Assembly (NCBI GenBank): GCA_016212855.1
Contig: JACRDP010000009.1
Location: 89,275 to 153,274, forward strand
Length of the DNA stretch: 64,000 bases
Direction of reading: 5' to 3'
DNA from: Elusimicrobiota bacterium
Lineage (GTDB): Bacteria; Elusimicrobiota; Elusimicrobia; UBA1565; UBA9628
Shown here: in pieces, positions 34,379-45,476 of the stretch
Position numbering within the stretch: position 1 is the stretch's first letter
Layout of the letters: the number at the start of each line of letters is the position of its first letter
Program-made: the position numbers and the translations under genes
Notes under the pieces: model-generated
The model's input: only the letters and a program-made list of their open reading frames with translations
Databases searched by the model: none
What the model was told of the DNA's origin: nothing

Positions 34379-36352
34379 ATGAAGAAGACTAAGCCCAAAG
34401 TGAAGCCCGCCGCGCCCAAAGAGGCCGCCGCGCCTAAACCCCGCGCCGAGAAGCCTCGCCACATCGGCAAGACCGCCGACGAGATGGGCAAGCAGCAGCG
34501 CGAGATCTCGGTCTCCGAATTTTTCACCAAGAACCGCCACCTGCTCGGCTTCGACAATCCGCGCAAGGCCCTGCTCACCTGCGTGAAGGAAGCCGTCGAC
34601 AACGCGCTCGACGCGTCGGAAGAAGCCGGCATCCTCCCCGAGATCGTCGTCAAGCTCGTCGCGGTCACCCCGGACGGCAAACCCGCGCCGGTCGTCTCGC
34701 AGGCCACGCGCTTCCAGGTCACCATCATCGACTACGGCCCCGGCATCGTCCGCGACCAGATCCCGAAGATTTTCGCCAAGCTCCTGTACGGCTCGAAGTT
34801 CCACCGCCTGCGCATGAGCCGCGGCCAGCAGGGCATCGGCATTTCAGCGGCCGGGATGTACGGTCAATTAACGACGGGCAAGCCGGTCAAGATCATCTCC
34901 CGCACCGGCGAAAAGCAGCCCGCGCACTACTTCGAGGTGCAGATCGACTCGAAGAAGAACGAGCCGATCATCCTCGAGAAGAAGCAGATCGAGTGGGAGG
35001 CCCACCGCGGCACCCAGGTGACCATCGAGCTCGAGGGCAAGTACGTGAAAGGCCGCGCCTCGGTCGACGAGTACATGGAGCTCTCGGCCATCTCCAATCC
35101 GCACGCGTCCTTCACCTACCACGCGCCCGACGGTGAGACCAAGACCTACCCGCGCACGATCCAGCACAACCCCGATCCGCCCAAGGAGATCAAGCCGCAT
35201 CCGTACGGCATCGAGCTCGGCATGCTCCTCAAGATGCTCCAGGACACCAAGAGCCACTGGCTCGCCGGCTTCCTGTCGGCCGACTTCTCCCGCGTGTCGA
35301 CCGAGACCGCGACGGAGATCTGCAAGGCCGCGGGCGTATCTCCTAAGAAACGTCCGCGCGATGTCGTTGGGCAGGAAGCGGAGAAGCTGTTCCAGACCAT
35401 CCAGGCCACCAAGCTGATGGCGCCTCCCACGAACTGCCTCTCGCCCATCGGCGAGAAGGAGATCTTGGCCGGCCTGTTCAAGCAGATCAAGGGCGATTTT
35501 TATACGGCGGTGAGCCGCCCTCCCGCGGTCTATCGCGGCAATCCTTTCATCATCGAGGCCGGCCTCGCCTGGGGCCGCGGACCGGAGCAGGCGGCGCTCG
35601 ACGCGCTCAACGCGCAGAAGGCCCCGCTCGCCGAGGGCGAGAGCCACGGAGGCGACGACAACGAGCTGGCGCGCGTGATGCGCTTCGCCAACCGCGTTCC
35701 CCTCCTTTATCAGCAGTCCGCGTGCTCGACCTTCAAGGCCGTGCTCGACACGACCTGGAAGAACTACGGCATCGCGCAGTCGCGCGGAGCGCCCCCCGCG
35801 GGCCCCATGGTCGTGTTCGTCCACATGGCCTCGGTCTGGGTTCCGTTCACGAGCGAGTCGAAGGAGGCCATCGCCGACTACGACGAGATCCGCAAGGAGA
35901 TCACCCTCGCCTTGCGCGAGGCCGGACGGCGCCTGGGCGTGTTCATCAAGCGCCGGGCCCGAGCCCACGCCGAGAGCAAGCGCCGCGACATCTTCGAGCT
36001 GTACATCGAGGAAGTGGTGGGCGCCTGCTCCCGCCTCAAGGGCGGCAAGCTCGCCGCGACCAAGCTCAAGACTCAGCTCACCGAGATCGCCAAGAAGATC
36101 ACCGGCGGCCAGAAGACAGATGAGATGCTCGACAAGAACGCGGGCCCGCACGGCCTGCCGCACTCGATCATCGTGACGGCCGAAGGCATCGAGGGCGAAG
36201 TGCCCGTCGAAGGCCCCGTCGCCGTGACCGAGGCCGCCCCGGCCGCCGTCGAGGCCGCCCCGGAACCGGAAAAGCCCGTGAAGAAGGCGAAAAAGGCCAA
36301 GGCGAAGTCGAAGAAGAAGGCCAAGCCCGCGAAGAAGAGCAGGAAAAAATAA
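34379..36352 (+). CDS. top6B: type IIB DNA topoisomerase VI subunit B, with Lys/Ala/Pro-rich N- and C-terminal tails
   Basis: I start at ATG 34379. ..SVSEFFTKNRHLLGFDNPRKALLTCVKEAVDNALDA.. (GHKL Bergerat N-box), DYGPGI, SRGQQGIG. Tails: MKKTKPKVKPAAPKEAAAPKP.. and ..KPVKKAKKAKAKSKKKAKPAKKSRKK. Confidence 0.85.
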   Translation: MKKTKPKVKPAAPKEAAAPKPRAEKPRHIGKTADEMGKQQREISVSEFFTKNRHLLGFDNPRKALLTCVKEAVDNALDASEEAGILPEIVVKLVAVTPDGKPAPVVSQATRFQVTIIDYGPGIVRDQIPKIFAKLLYGSKFHRLRMSRGQQGIGISAAGMYGQLTTGKPVKIISRTGEKQPAHYFEVQIDSKKNEPIILEKKQIEWEAHRGTQVTIELEGKYVKGRASVDEYMELSAISNPHASFTYHAPDGETKTYPRTIQHNPDPPKEIKPHPYGIELGMLLKMLQDTKSHWLAGFLSADFSRVSTETATEICKAAGVSPKKRPRDVVGQEAEKLFQTIQATKLMAPPTNCLSPIGEKEILAGLFKQIKGDFYTAVSRPPAVYRGNPFIIEAGLAWGRGPEQAALDALNAQKAPLAEGESHGGDDNELARVMRFANRVPLLYQQSACSTFKAVLDTTWKNYGIAQSRGAPPAGPMVVFVHMASVWVPFTSESKEAIADYDEIRKEITLALREAGRRLGVFIKRRARAHAESKRRDIFELYIEEVVGACSRLKGGKLAATKLKTQLTEIAKKITGGQKTDEMLDKNAGPHGLPHSIIVTAEGIEGEVPVEGPVAVTEAAPAAVEAAPEPEKPVKKAKKAKAKSKKKAKPAKKSRKK

Positions 36353-36357
36353 CGACC

Positions 36358-37452
36358 ATGGCCAAAAGACATCCCGAAGTCGAAAAAAAGCTCGTCGGCT
36401 TGGCCGATCTCGTCATCGACGCGGCCGCGCGCCGCAAGGACCCCGCGATCTCGATCCCCGTGCGCTCGCTGTCGAACGTCAAGTTCAACGAGAAGAAGGG
36501 CTTCATCGAGATGGGCAAGAACAAGCAGATGCGCACGTTCTTCAACGTCGGCATGGCCAAGAAGTTCATGCAGACCATGCTCGTCGCCGACGCGCTCAAC
36601 GAGCTGCAGAAGGCCGACCTGACGACCAGCCTCCGCGAAATTTACTACCGCACGAAGCACACGATGGGCGATTCGCACGAGAACACCTTCGACGACCAGG
36701 CCGAGTCCGATCCGGTCATCGAGGACCTCGAGGTCGGCCTCGCCGCCCTGCGCGAGGAGTTCCACGTCCGCGCCGAAAACGCCGGCACGATCATCGGCCC
36801 GGTCGTGTTCGAGGATGACGGCGACAAGGTGGACTGCGCCAAGCTCGGCAAGGGCGGCTACTCCGTGCCCTCCATCGTCGAGGAAGAGTACCTCAAGATC
36901 AAGAAGTGCACCGCCGACTTCGTCCTGCTCATCGAGAAGGGAACGCAGTGGAACCGCCTCGCCGAGGACAAGTTCTGGAAGAAGTACAACTGCATCCTGC
37001 TCACCGGCAACGGCCAGCCGCCGCGCGGCGTACGGCGCCTGGCGCGCCGCCTCAATGAAGAGAAGAAGCTCCCCGTCTACGTGCTCGTCGACAACGACCC
37101 GTGGGGGTACTACATCTACTCCGTCGTCAAGCAGGGCTCGATCAACCTCGCCTTCGAGAGCCAGCGCATGGCGATCCCGACGGCGAAATTCATCGGACTC
37201 TCCTCGCTCGATCCCGAGCATTACGCCCTGCCGCGCAACGTCGGCATCAAGCTCAACGACAAGGACATCAGCCGCGCCAAGGAGTTGATGGCCTACCCGT
37301 GGTTCCAGAAGAAGGAGTGGCAGGTCGAAATCTCACGCATGCTCAAGAGCGGCCTCAAGTACGAATTGGACGCGCTCGCGAACAAGGACTTCCAGTACCT
37401 GACCAAGACCTATCTTCCGAAGAAGCTCAAAGAGAAGGACTGGCTGGACTGA
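36358..37452 (+). CDS. top6A: type IIB DNA topoisomerase VI subunit A (Spo11-like)
   Basis: ..SLREIYYRTK.. (catalytic Tyr region), Toprim LLIEKGTQWNRL and VLVDNDPWGYYI. Confidence 0.85.
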   Translation: MAKRHPEVEKKLVGLADLVIDAAARRKDPAISIPVRSLSNVKFNEKKGFIEMGKNKQMRTFFNVGMAKKFMQTMLVADALNELQKADLTTSLREIYYRTKHTMGDSHENTFDDQAESDPVIEDLEVGLAALREEFHVRAENAGTIIGPVVFEDDGDKVDCAKLGKGGYSVPSIVEEEYLKIKKCTADFVLLIEKGTQWNRLAEDKFWKKYNCILLTGNGQPPRGVRRLARRLNEEKKLPVYVLVDNDPWGYYIYSVVKQGSINLAFESQRMAIPTAKFIGLSSLDPEHYALPRNVGIKLNDKDISRAKELMAYPWFQKKEWQVEISRMLKSGLKYELDALANKDFQYLTKTYLPKKLKEKDWLD

Positions 37453-37485
37453 ACTCGGTCTGGGTACTCCACAGGAACAGCTAAA

Positions 37486-38610
37486 ATGGCCAGACGCTGG
37501 GTTCTGCTCGTCATCGACGACGCGGCCAAGCTGACCGAAGTTGAGGAGCTCGTCCGCGGCCTCGGCTTCCATGTCACGATCGCGCCCGACACCGCGCAGG
37601 GCGCCGAGCAGGCCAAGGATCTCAAGCCCGTCCTCGTCATCTCAAACAAGCCGCCGGAGGCGGCTGGCTACGCGGGCCGGCCGTTCCTGCTTCTAAACGA
37701 GACGATCGAGCCCGAACCGCTCAAAGCGAAGATCGTGTCGATGACGACGGAGCAGCCCGCTCCGCCCCCCGCCGAGCCCGCTCCGGCCTCCGCCGAGCCC
37801 GCCGCTCCGGCCCAACGCTGGATCGTCGCCGCGAGCAGCGACCCGGCGACGCCGACCATCATTGAAATGGCTTTGCTCGGACTGGACCTCGAGACGGCCG
37901 CGGTCACGGAAGCCGCCCAAACCACGGCGCAAGTGGAGAAGCTCAAGCCCGAGCTGTTCCTCTGCGATCTGGACTTGCCCGGGCTGACGGACGGCGTCTC
38001 CGTGCTCCGGGAGCTCCGGCGCAATCCGGCCACGAGCACGATCCCTCTTCTCCTCATCGGCGCGCGCGACGCCGACGAGGCGCTGTCGAAGATTCTCGCC
38101 TTCGACGCGACCGTCCGCTTCCATAAAAAGCCGCTCGACGCGGAGAAGCTCCGGGGCATGATCGTGAGCTTGCTCGCGGGAGAGCCGGCTCCGCCCCCGG
38201 AACCGGTCGCGCCCGTTCCAGGCCCCTCCGCCGTGCCGATACGCGGCGCGGCGCTCATACTCGACGCCGACCCCGCCGCGCGCGCGATCATGGCCGGCAT
38301 CCTCAAGGACATCGGCCTGACGGCGTCAGCGTGCGAGCCGGCAACGGCGATGACCGCCGCCTCCGAGCTCAAGCCCGCGCTGATCGTTTCCGACCTCGCG
38401 TCGCCAGGCGCCGTCGCTTTGCTCACCGAGATACGCATGGACGCGCTCCTGCGCGAGATCCCGTTCCTCTTCATCGCGGACATGACCGCGCAGCAGGCGA
38501 TGGGGCTGATCTCGTGGGACGATCCGACGGTAGGCTTCGTGAAAAAGCCTCTGGACCCGGCGAAGTTCAGGGCGCTCGCCGCGGAATTGACGGGCTGGCA
38601 GGCGCCCTAG
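37486..38610 (+). CDS. protein with three receiver-like (REC) domains, partly degenerate
   Basis: Three repeats of the receiver pattern. Domain 1: LLVIDDA...PVLVISN (acceptor Asp absent). Domain 2: ..ELFLCDLDLPGLTDG.. Domain 3: ..ALILDADP...ALIVSDLASPG.. Each ends with KKPL/KPL. Confidence 0.6.
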   Translation: MARRWVLLVIDDAAKLTEVEELVRGLGFHVTIAPDTAQGAEQAKDLKPVLVISNKPPEAAGYAGRPFLLLNETIEPEPLKAKIVSMTTEQPAPPPAEPAPASAEPAAPAQRWIVAASSDPATPTIIEMALLGLDLETAAVTEAAQTTAQVEKLKPELFLCDLDLPGLTDGVSVLRELRRNPATSTIPLLLIGARDADEALSKILAFDATVRFHKKPLDAEKLRGMIVSLLAGEPAPPPEPVAPVPGPSAVPIRGAALILDADPAARAIMAGILKDIGLTASACEPATAMTAASELKPALIVSDLASPGAVALLTEIRMDALLREIPFLFIADMTAQQAMGLISWDDPTVGFVKKPLDPAKFRALAAELTGWQAP

Positions 38611-38613
38611 AAG

Positions 38614-40605
<1,992 letters not shown>

Positions 40606-40613
40606 TTATATCA

Positions 40614-41795
40614 CTACGGGGAGAAATGCCCGGGATATTTATTGCCGACGCACGGCGCTTTCAGGCACGGTTTGATCAGCGCACGGTAGTCCCAGTCGTC
40701 TTTCTCGGCGTACGCGGCCTTGTACGCCGCCAGCGCCTCATCGCGGCGTCCGAGGGCGTCGAGCAACTGGCCTGTCCGCACGCGGCTCCACACCATCCAC
40801 TTCGTGCGCACGGCGCGCGCCTCGGCGCCGGCCACGAACTCGGCGAGAGCCGCGTTCTTCTCGCCGGAGGCCCACAGCAAGGTGCCGAGCAACGCGTGGC
40901 TTCCGGACAGGTTGACCGCGGGATAGCGCCCCGACTTCACGCGCGCCTGGTACTCGCGCGCCTCCCTGACGGCCTCGGACAGTTCCTTGCACTCGTACAG
41001 CGCCGAGATGAAGGCGGTGTCGAGCATCGCGCTGCCGGGGTATTGCGCGTGGATCTCGCGCATCAGGCGAAGGCCCTCCGTGGGATTGTACGCGCCGAAC
41101 GGATCCTCGAGGTATATCTCGACGAGGATCATCTTCGCGGTGACCTTCGCGTAGCGGCCCTTCTCGGCCGCGAGCAGAATTTGTTTGAGGCCTCTCTCGC
41201 GGTCGCCGCCGAGGACGATCTTCGCCAGCCAGCCGGCGAACTTGGGAATGGTCGCGACGTAGTAGTCGAACATGCCCAGGCCGAGCACCGCGTCGTAGAG
41301 CGCGGGCTCGAGCTTCACGGCGCGCCGCACGAACTTCATCGAAGCGCGGCCGTGACCGAAGGCCTGCAGCCACCGGTGCTGCACGATGGCAAGGCGGCCG
41401 AACATCCCATGGGAAGCGCCCAGGATGAACAGGGCGTCGGGATCGTTCGGATGAGCCTTAAGATACGCCTCCGCCCTCTTGATGCTCTCGAGGGCCTTGG
41501 CCTCGAAAGACTTCAGCAGGGCCGGGTCCCCCTGATTCTCGCCGTAGATGAAGGTGATGAGATCGATCGCCGCGCGGCCGAAATAGGGATGCGGGTACGC
41601 CGGATCGAGGGCGATCGCCTGGGCCATGTCCGCCTCGGCCTGGGCGAAGCGCATCAAATAGATGTCGTCCACGCCCGCCATCAGGAGCTTGTCCATCTCC
41701 GGGGTCACCGAGGTCTTGCGCGCGGCGGCGGGAGCCGCCAGGAGGAGCAGAATCAACAATTGTCGCACGGGCGGCCGATATTCTATCATTGGCAT
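40614..41795 (-). CDS. secreted TPR-like repeat protein
   Basis: Signal (LLILLLLAAPAAA). Helical-repeat composition. No catalytic motif recognised. Confidence 0.5.
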   Translation of the reverse strand: MPMIEYRPPVRQLLILLLLAAPAAARKTSVTPEMDKLLMAGVDDIYLMRFAQAEADMAQAIALDPAYPHPYFGRAAIDLITFIYGENQGDPALLKSFEAKALESIKRAEAYLKAHPNDPDALFILGASHGMFGRLAIVQHRWLQAFGHGRASMKFVRRAVKLEPALYDAVLGLGMFDYYVATIPKFAGWLAKIVLGGDRERGLKQILLAAEKGRYAKVTAKMILVEIYLEDPFGAYNPTEGLRLMREIHAQYPGSAMLDTAFISALYECKELSEAVREAREYQARVKSGRYPAVNLSGSHALLGTLLWASGEKNAALAEFVAGAEARAVRTKWMVWSRVRTGQLLDALGRRDEALAAYKAAYAEKDDWDYRALIKPCLKAPCVGNKYPGHFSP

Positions 41796-41803
41796 AGCTC
41801 TTT

Positions 41804-42805
41804 ATGAAGGCCATCCTGGCCCGCGAAGGCCGCGCCGCATTGACCGAAGTCCCGGTCCCCCCGATCGGGGACGGAGAGTTCCTTTTATCGGTGGAGGTCT
41901 GCGGGCTGTGCGGCACCGACGTGATGAAGCTCGACACGAAAGCCAAGGGCGCGATCCTGGGCCACGAGCTGTGCGGCAAGGTCGAGAAAGCCGGTCCCAA
42001 TTCCCCCTTCCTCCCCGGCGAACGCGTCGTCGTCTCCCATCACGTGCCCTGCCTGTCCTGCCACTACTGCCGCAAAGGCCAGGAGAGCATGTGCCGGCAG
42101 TTCAAATCGACGAACATCGAGCCCGGCGGCTTCGCCGAGTTCGTGCGCGTGCCCGCCTTGCACGCGCGGCACGCGACCTTCAAGGTTCCCGACAATCTCG
42201 ACGCGATCTCCGCCTCGCAGACCGAGCCGCTGGCCTGCGTGTTGAGAAACGTCAAGAGAATCGGAGCGGAGAAAGACGACGTCATTGGGATCATCGGTTT
42301 GGGCGCCATAGGGCAAATGACGGGCCAGCTGTTGAAAATTCTGGGGGCCAAGGCCGTGGGCCTGGATCTCGACCCGGAACGCGTGAAGAAGTTTTCGCGC
42401 TGGGGAACGGCCACGGTCAATGCCGACGAATTCGCGCAGCTCGGCAAGGACCAAAGCGAAGGCCGCGGCTTCGACGCGATCATCTTCTCCGCCGGCACGC
42501 CCGCGCTCGTCGCGCGCTGCGTCGCCTGGCTGCGCGACGGCGGGACATTGAACGTGTTCGCGTCCTTCCATCCGGATCCGTTCATGAAATTGGATCTGAA
42601 TCAGATCTATCACAGGGAGTTATCCGTTCTCTCATCGTATTCCCCGTCGTTGGTCGATTTAAAGGAAGCCTTCGAGCTCATCGCGTCCAAGAAGTTCAAT
42701 CCCCTGATCCTCGGGCCGCTGTCCTTCCCGCTCTCGAAGTTCGACGACGCGGTCAAGGCCGTCAAATCGCGCCAGACCCTCAAGTCGATCCTGGTGGCGC
42801 GATGA
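41804..42805 (+). CDS. zinc-dependent alcohol/polyol dehydrogenase (MDR family)
   Basis: CGTDV, GHELCGKVEKAG, structural-Zn loop CLSCHYCRKGQESMC, Rossmann GLGAIG. Confidence 0.8.
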   Translation: MKAILAREGRAALTEVPVPPIGDGEFLLSVEVCGLCGTDVMKLDTKAKGAILGHELCGKVEKAGPNSPFLPGERVVVSHHVPCLSCHYCRKGQESMCRQFKSTNIEPGGFAEFVRVPALHARHATFKVPDNLDAISASQTEPLACVLRNVKRIGAEKDDVIGIIGLGAIGQMTGQLLKILGAKAVGLDLDPERVKKFSRWGTATVNADEFAQLGKDQSEGRGFDAIIFSAGTPALVARCVAWLRDGGTLNVFASFHPDPFMKLDLNQIYHRELSVLSSYSPSLVDLKEAFELIASKKFNPLILGPLSFPLSKFDDAVKAVKSRQTLKSILVAR

Positions 42806-43824
42806 GAGGCGTCATCTACCACGGTCCGCGCGACATCCGCCTGGAAGAGATATCGACACCGACGCCCGGAACGGGCGAGGTGGTCGTCAAGCTCGGCGCG
42901 GCGCTGACCTGCGGCACCGATTTCAAAGCCTACCGCCAAGGCCACCCGGTCCTGCTCGGCTCGTACCCCTCCCCGTTCGGCCACGAGCTCGCAGGCACGG
43001 TCTTCGCCGTCGGCAAGGGCGTGGCGACGGCCAAGGAGGGCGACCGCGTCGTCGTCGCCAACTCCGCGCCGATGGACGACTGCTTCTGGTGCACGAACGG
43101 CCAGAACCACCTGTGCCCCGCGCTCAAGCTGCACAACGGCGCCTACGCGGAGTACGACCTCGTGCCCGCGCATATCGTCAAGCACAACCTCCACCACCTG
43201 AAGTCGTCGGTTCCGTTCTCGGTCGGCGCGATGGCCGAGCCTTTCTCGACGACGATCCACGCCGCCGAGATCATGGGAGTGCGCGCGGGCGACACCGCCG
43301 TGATCATCGGCGCCGGACCGATGGCCATCATGCTCATTCATGCCCTGCGCGCCCGCGGCGCCCGGGTCGCCGTACTGGGGCGCTCGCGGGAGAACCTGCT
43401 CTCGACGCGCGCGGCCGGTGCGGACCGGTCCTTCAGCTCCCTCGACGGGCCCGTCGCGGACGCCCTCAAAAGCTGGGCCGGCGAACGCGGCCCCGATCAC
43501 GTCTTCGAGGCCGTGGGCAAGTCCGAGACCCACCTCCTGGCCCTGGAAATCGTCCGCCCCGGCGGCAAGATCTGCCTGTTCGGCGGCTGCGCGCCGGGGA
43601 CCACGGTCCCGCTCGACGTGCACCGCATCCACTACAAGCAGATCGCGATCCACGGCGTGTTCCATCACACCCCGCCGCATTTCAAGGAGGCCGTACGCCT
43701 GCTCTCCGAGGGCAAGGTCAAGACCGAGCTTCTGATCCAAGGGTGCGTGAAGCTCGCGGATCTCCCGGCTTTCTTCTTCACCAACGCGGACAAATCCATC
43801 CCCAAGTGCGTGGTGACCCCGTGA
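42802..43824 (+). CDS. zinc-dependent alcohol/polyol dehydrogenase (MDR family), second copy
   Basis: I start at ATG 42802 (ATGA overlap). CGTDF, GHELAGTVFAVG, CFWCTNGQNHLC, GAGPMA. Confidence 0.8.
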   Translation: MRGVIYHGPRDIRLEEISTPTPGTGEVVVKLGAALTCGTDFKAYRQGHPVLLGSYPSPFGHELAGTVFAVGKGVATAKEGDRVVVANSAPMDDCFWCTNGQNHLCPALKLHNGAYAEYDLVPAHIVKHNLHHLKSSVPFSVGAMAEPFSTTIHAAEIMGVRAGDTAVIIGAGPMAIMLIHALRARGARVAVLGRSRENLLSTRAAGADRSFSSLDGPVADALKSWAGERGPDHVFEAVGKSETHLLALEIVRPGGKICLFGGCAPGTTVPLDVHRIHYKQIAIHGVFHHTPPHFKEAVRLLSEGKVKTELLIQGCVKLADLPAFFFTNADKSIPKCVVTP

Positions 43825-44783
43825 GCCTCGACCTCGCCTTCGCGCTCGCCCGCCGCGTGAATCCGCGCGAGACCAGCCCGAATCCGCGAGTGGGCTGCGT
43901 CCTCGTCAAAGACGGCCGCACGGTCGGCCAGGGCGTCCATCACGGCTACGGCAAGCCCCACGCCGAACCGGTCGCGCTCCAGAAGGCCGGCGCGCGCACC
44001 CGGGGCGCCGTCGCCTACGTCACGATGGAGCCCTGCGCCCCCTTCGCGGGCAAGCGCAACCCGTCCTGCGCCGAGGCCCTCATCGCCGCGGGCGTGCGCA
44101 AGGTCGTCTGCGCCACGCTCGACCCGAACCCGAAGGTCGCCGGCCGCGGCCTCGCCCTCCTGCGCCGCGCCGGAATCAAGACCTCGGTCCAGCCCGATTA
44201 CGCCGCCGCCGGAGCGCTCCTCAACCGCGGGTTCTTTTCCGTCATGCGCCGCCGCCGGCCCTGGGTGGTCCTCAAAACCGCGCTCTCGCTCGACGGCAAG
44301 GCCGCCGCGACGAATGGGAAGTCACGCTGGGTCACCGGCAAGCCCGCGCGTAACGCGGTCCATGCGTTGCGCGCCCAATATGACGCTATTTTAGTGGGCG
44401 CCGGCACGGTGCTCGCCGACAATCCCGCGCTCACGTCCCACGGCGCCGGCAAGAATCCTCTCCGGGTCGTGCTCGCCGGGCGCCGCTCCTTGTCCAAGCG
44501 CGCCAAGGTCTTCGACTCCTCCGCGCCCACCGTCGTGTACCGCAAGATGGCTCTGCGCGCAATCCTCAAGGACCTGGCCAGGCGCGGCGTCGGGACGCTT
44601 CTCGTCGAGGGCGGGCCGACGATTCACGCCGCTTTTTTGAAAGCCGGCCTGGTCGACGAGGCGAAGGTGTTCCTCGCGCCCAAACTCTTGTCCGGCTCGC
44701 TCGATCCGAACACGGCGCCTCGGCTCAAAACGCCGAAGGTCACCAAACTCGGAGACGACTGGCTCATCGAGGGCGCGCTATGA
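43821..44783 (+). CDS. ribD: bifunctional riboflavin biosynthesis deaminase/reductase
   Basis: I start at GTG 43821 (GTGA overlap). NPRVGCVLV, HAEPVAL, TMEPC..C, then reductase ..LKTALSLDGK... Confidence 0.85.
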   Translation: MSLDLAFALARRVNPRETSPNPRVGCVLVKDGRTVGQGVHHGYGKPHAEPVALQKAGARTRGAVAYVTMEPCAPFAGKRNPSCAEALIAAGVRKVVCATLDPNPKVAGRGLALLRRAGIKTSVQPDYAAAGALLNRGFFSVMRRRRPWVVLKTALSLDGKAAATNGKSRWVTGKPARNAVHALRAQYDAILVGAGTVLADNPALTSHGAGKNPLRVVLAGRRSLSKRAKVFDSSAPTVVYRKMALRAILKDLARRGVGTLLVEGGPTIHAAFLKAGLVDEAKVFLAPKLLSGSLDPNTAPRLKTPKVTKLGDDWLIEGAL

Positions 44784-44813
44784 CGACCCGGGGAACGACC
44801 TTCTCCCTTTCAA

Positions 44814-44838
44814 TCTATGTCTGTTTATATAGACATAT
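44814..44838. promoter_or_regulatory. 25-nt inverted-repeat motif TCTATGTCTGTTTATATAGACATAT between ribD and ribE (candidate operator/promoter)
   Basis: 21/25 nt identical to 62645-62669. ATGTCT..AGACAT arms flank an AT-rich centre. It is an AT-rich island in a GC-rich context, 50 nt upstream of the ribE start. Confidence 0.45.
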
Positions 44839-44888
44839 CGCGGCCACCCATACCCTTCGCCCCGACCTCCGCGGGAGCAATTAACGTC

Positions 44889-45476
44889 ATGTTCACCGGC
44901 ATCATCAATCATCTGGGAACCGTCAAGAAACGAACGGCCACGGCATTGGTGATCTCCGCTAAAATTCCCAAGCCCAAACTGGGAGCTTCCATCGCGGTTA
45001 ACGGAACGTGCCTGACCGTCGTGAAGACGAAGGGCGGCGAGCATTCCTTCGACGTCGGGCCGGATACCTGGAAGCGGACCAATTTGGGTGCGCTCAGGCC
45101 CGGCCAGCAGGTCAACGTGGAGCCTTCGCTGAAGCTCGGTCAAGAAATCGGAGGGCATTTCGTCTCCGGGCACGTCGATGCGACCGGCGAAATCGTGTCG
45201 CTTGAGCCTTGGGGCCAAGATTTTTATCGCCTGCGCGTCGAGCTACCCAAGGCCCTGACCGGGCTCGTCGCGGTGAAGGGTTCGATCGCGATCGACGGGA
45301 TCAGCCTGACGGTCACGGCCGTCAACGCGGAGGATTTCGAGGTCATGCTCGTCCCCCACACTTTGCGCCACACGAACCTCGGGAAGCGCGGAACAGACGA
45401 CCGCGTCAATCTCGAGGTCGATCCGCTCGCGCGCTACGCGATGACGGCGGCGTCGGCATTGAGGAGCAAGAAATGA
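44889..45476 (+). CDS. ribE: riboflavin synthase (alpha chain)
   Basis: The canonical N-terminus [10 protein letters not shown] begins at ATG 44889, so track start 44817 is rejected. Internal duplication (..NGTCLTV.. / ..DGISLTV..). Confidence 0.85.
   Translation: MFTGIINHLGTVKKRTATALVISAKIPKPKLGASIAVNGTCLTVVKTKGGEHSFDVGPDTWKRTNLGALRPGQQVNVEPSLKLGQEIGGHFVSGHVDATGEIVSLEPWGQDFYRLRVELPKALTGLVAVKGSIAIDGISLTVTAVNAEDFEVMLVPHTLRHTNLGKRGTDDRVNLEVDPLARYAMTAASALRSKK

Noticed and set aside
43700-44888. FMN (RFN) riboswitch controlling the rib genes
   Set aside because: The ribD start overlaps the preceding dehydrogenase gene, so there is no leader. The 105-nt ribD-ribE gap is too short and shows none of the conserved RFN helices I can recall. 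It holds the palindromic 25-mer instead.
44817-44888. Track start (ATG 44817) for the riboflavin synthase ORF
   Set aside because: That ATG is part of the palindromic motif. The canonical riboflavin synthase N-terminus MFTGII begins at ATG 44889.
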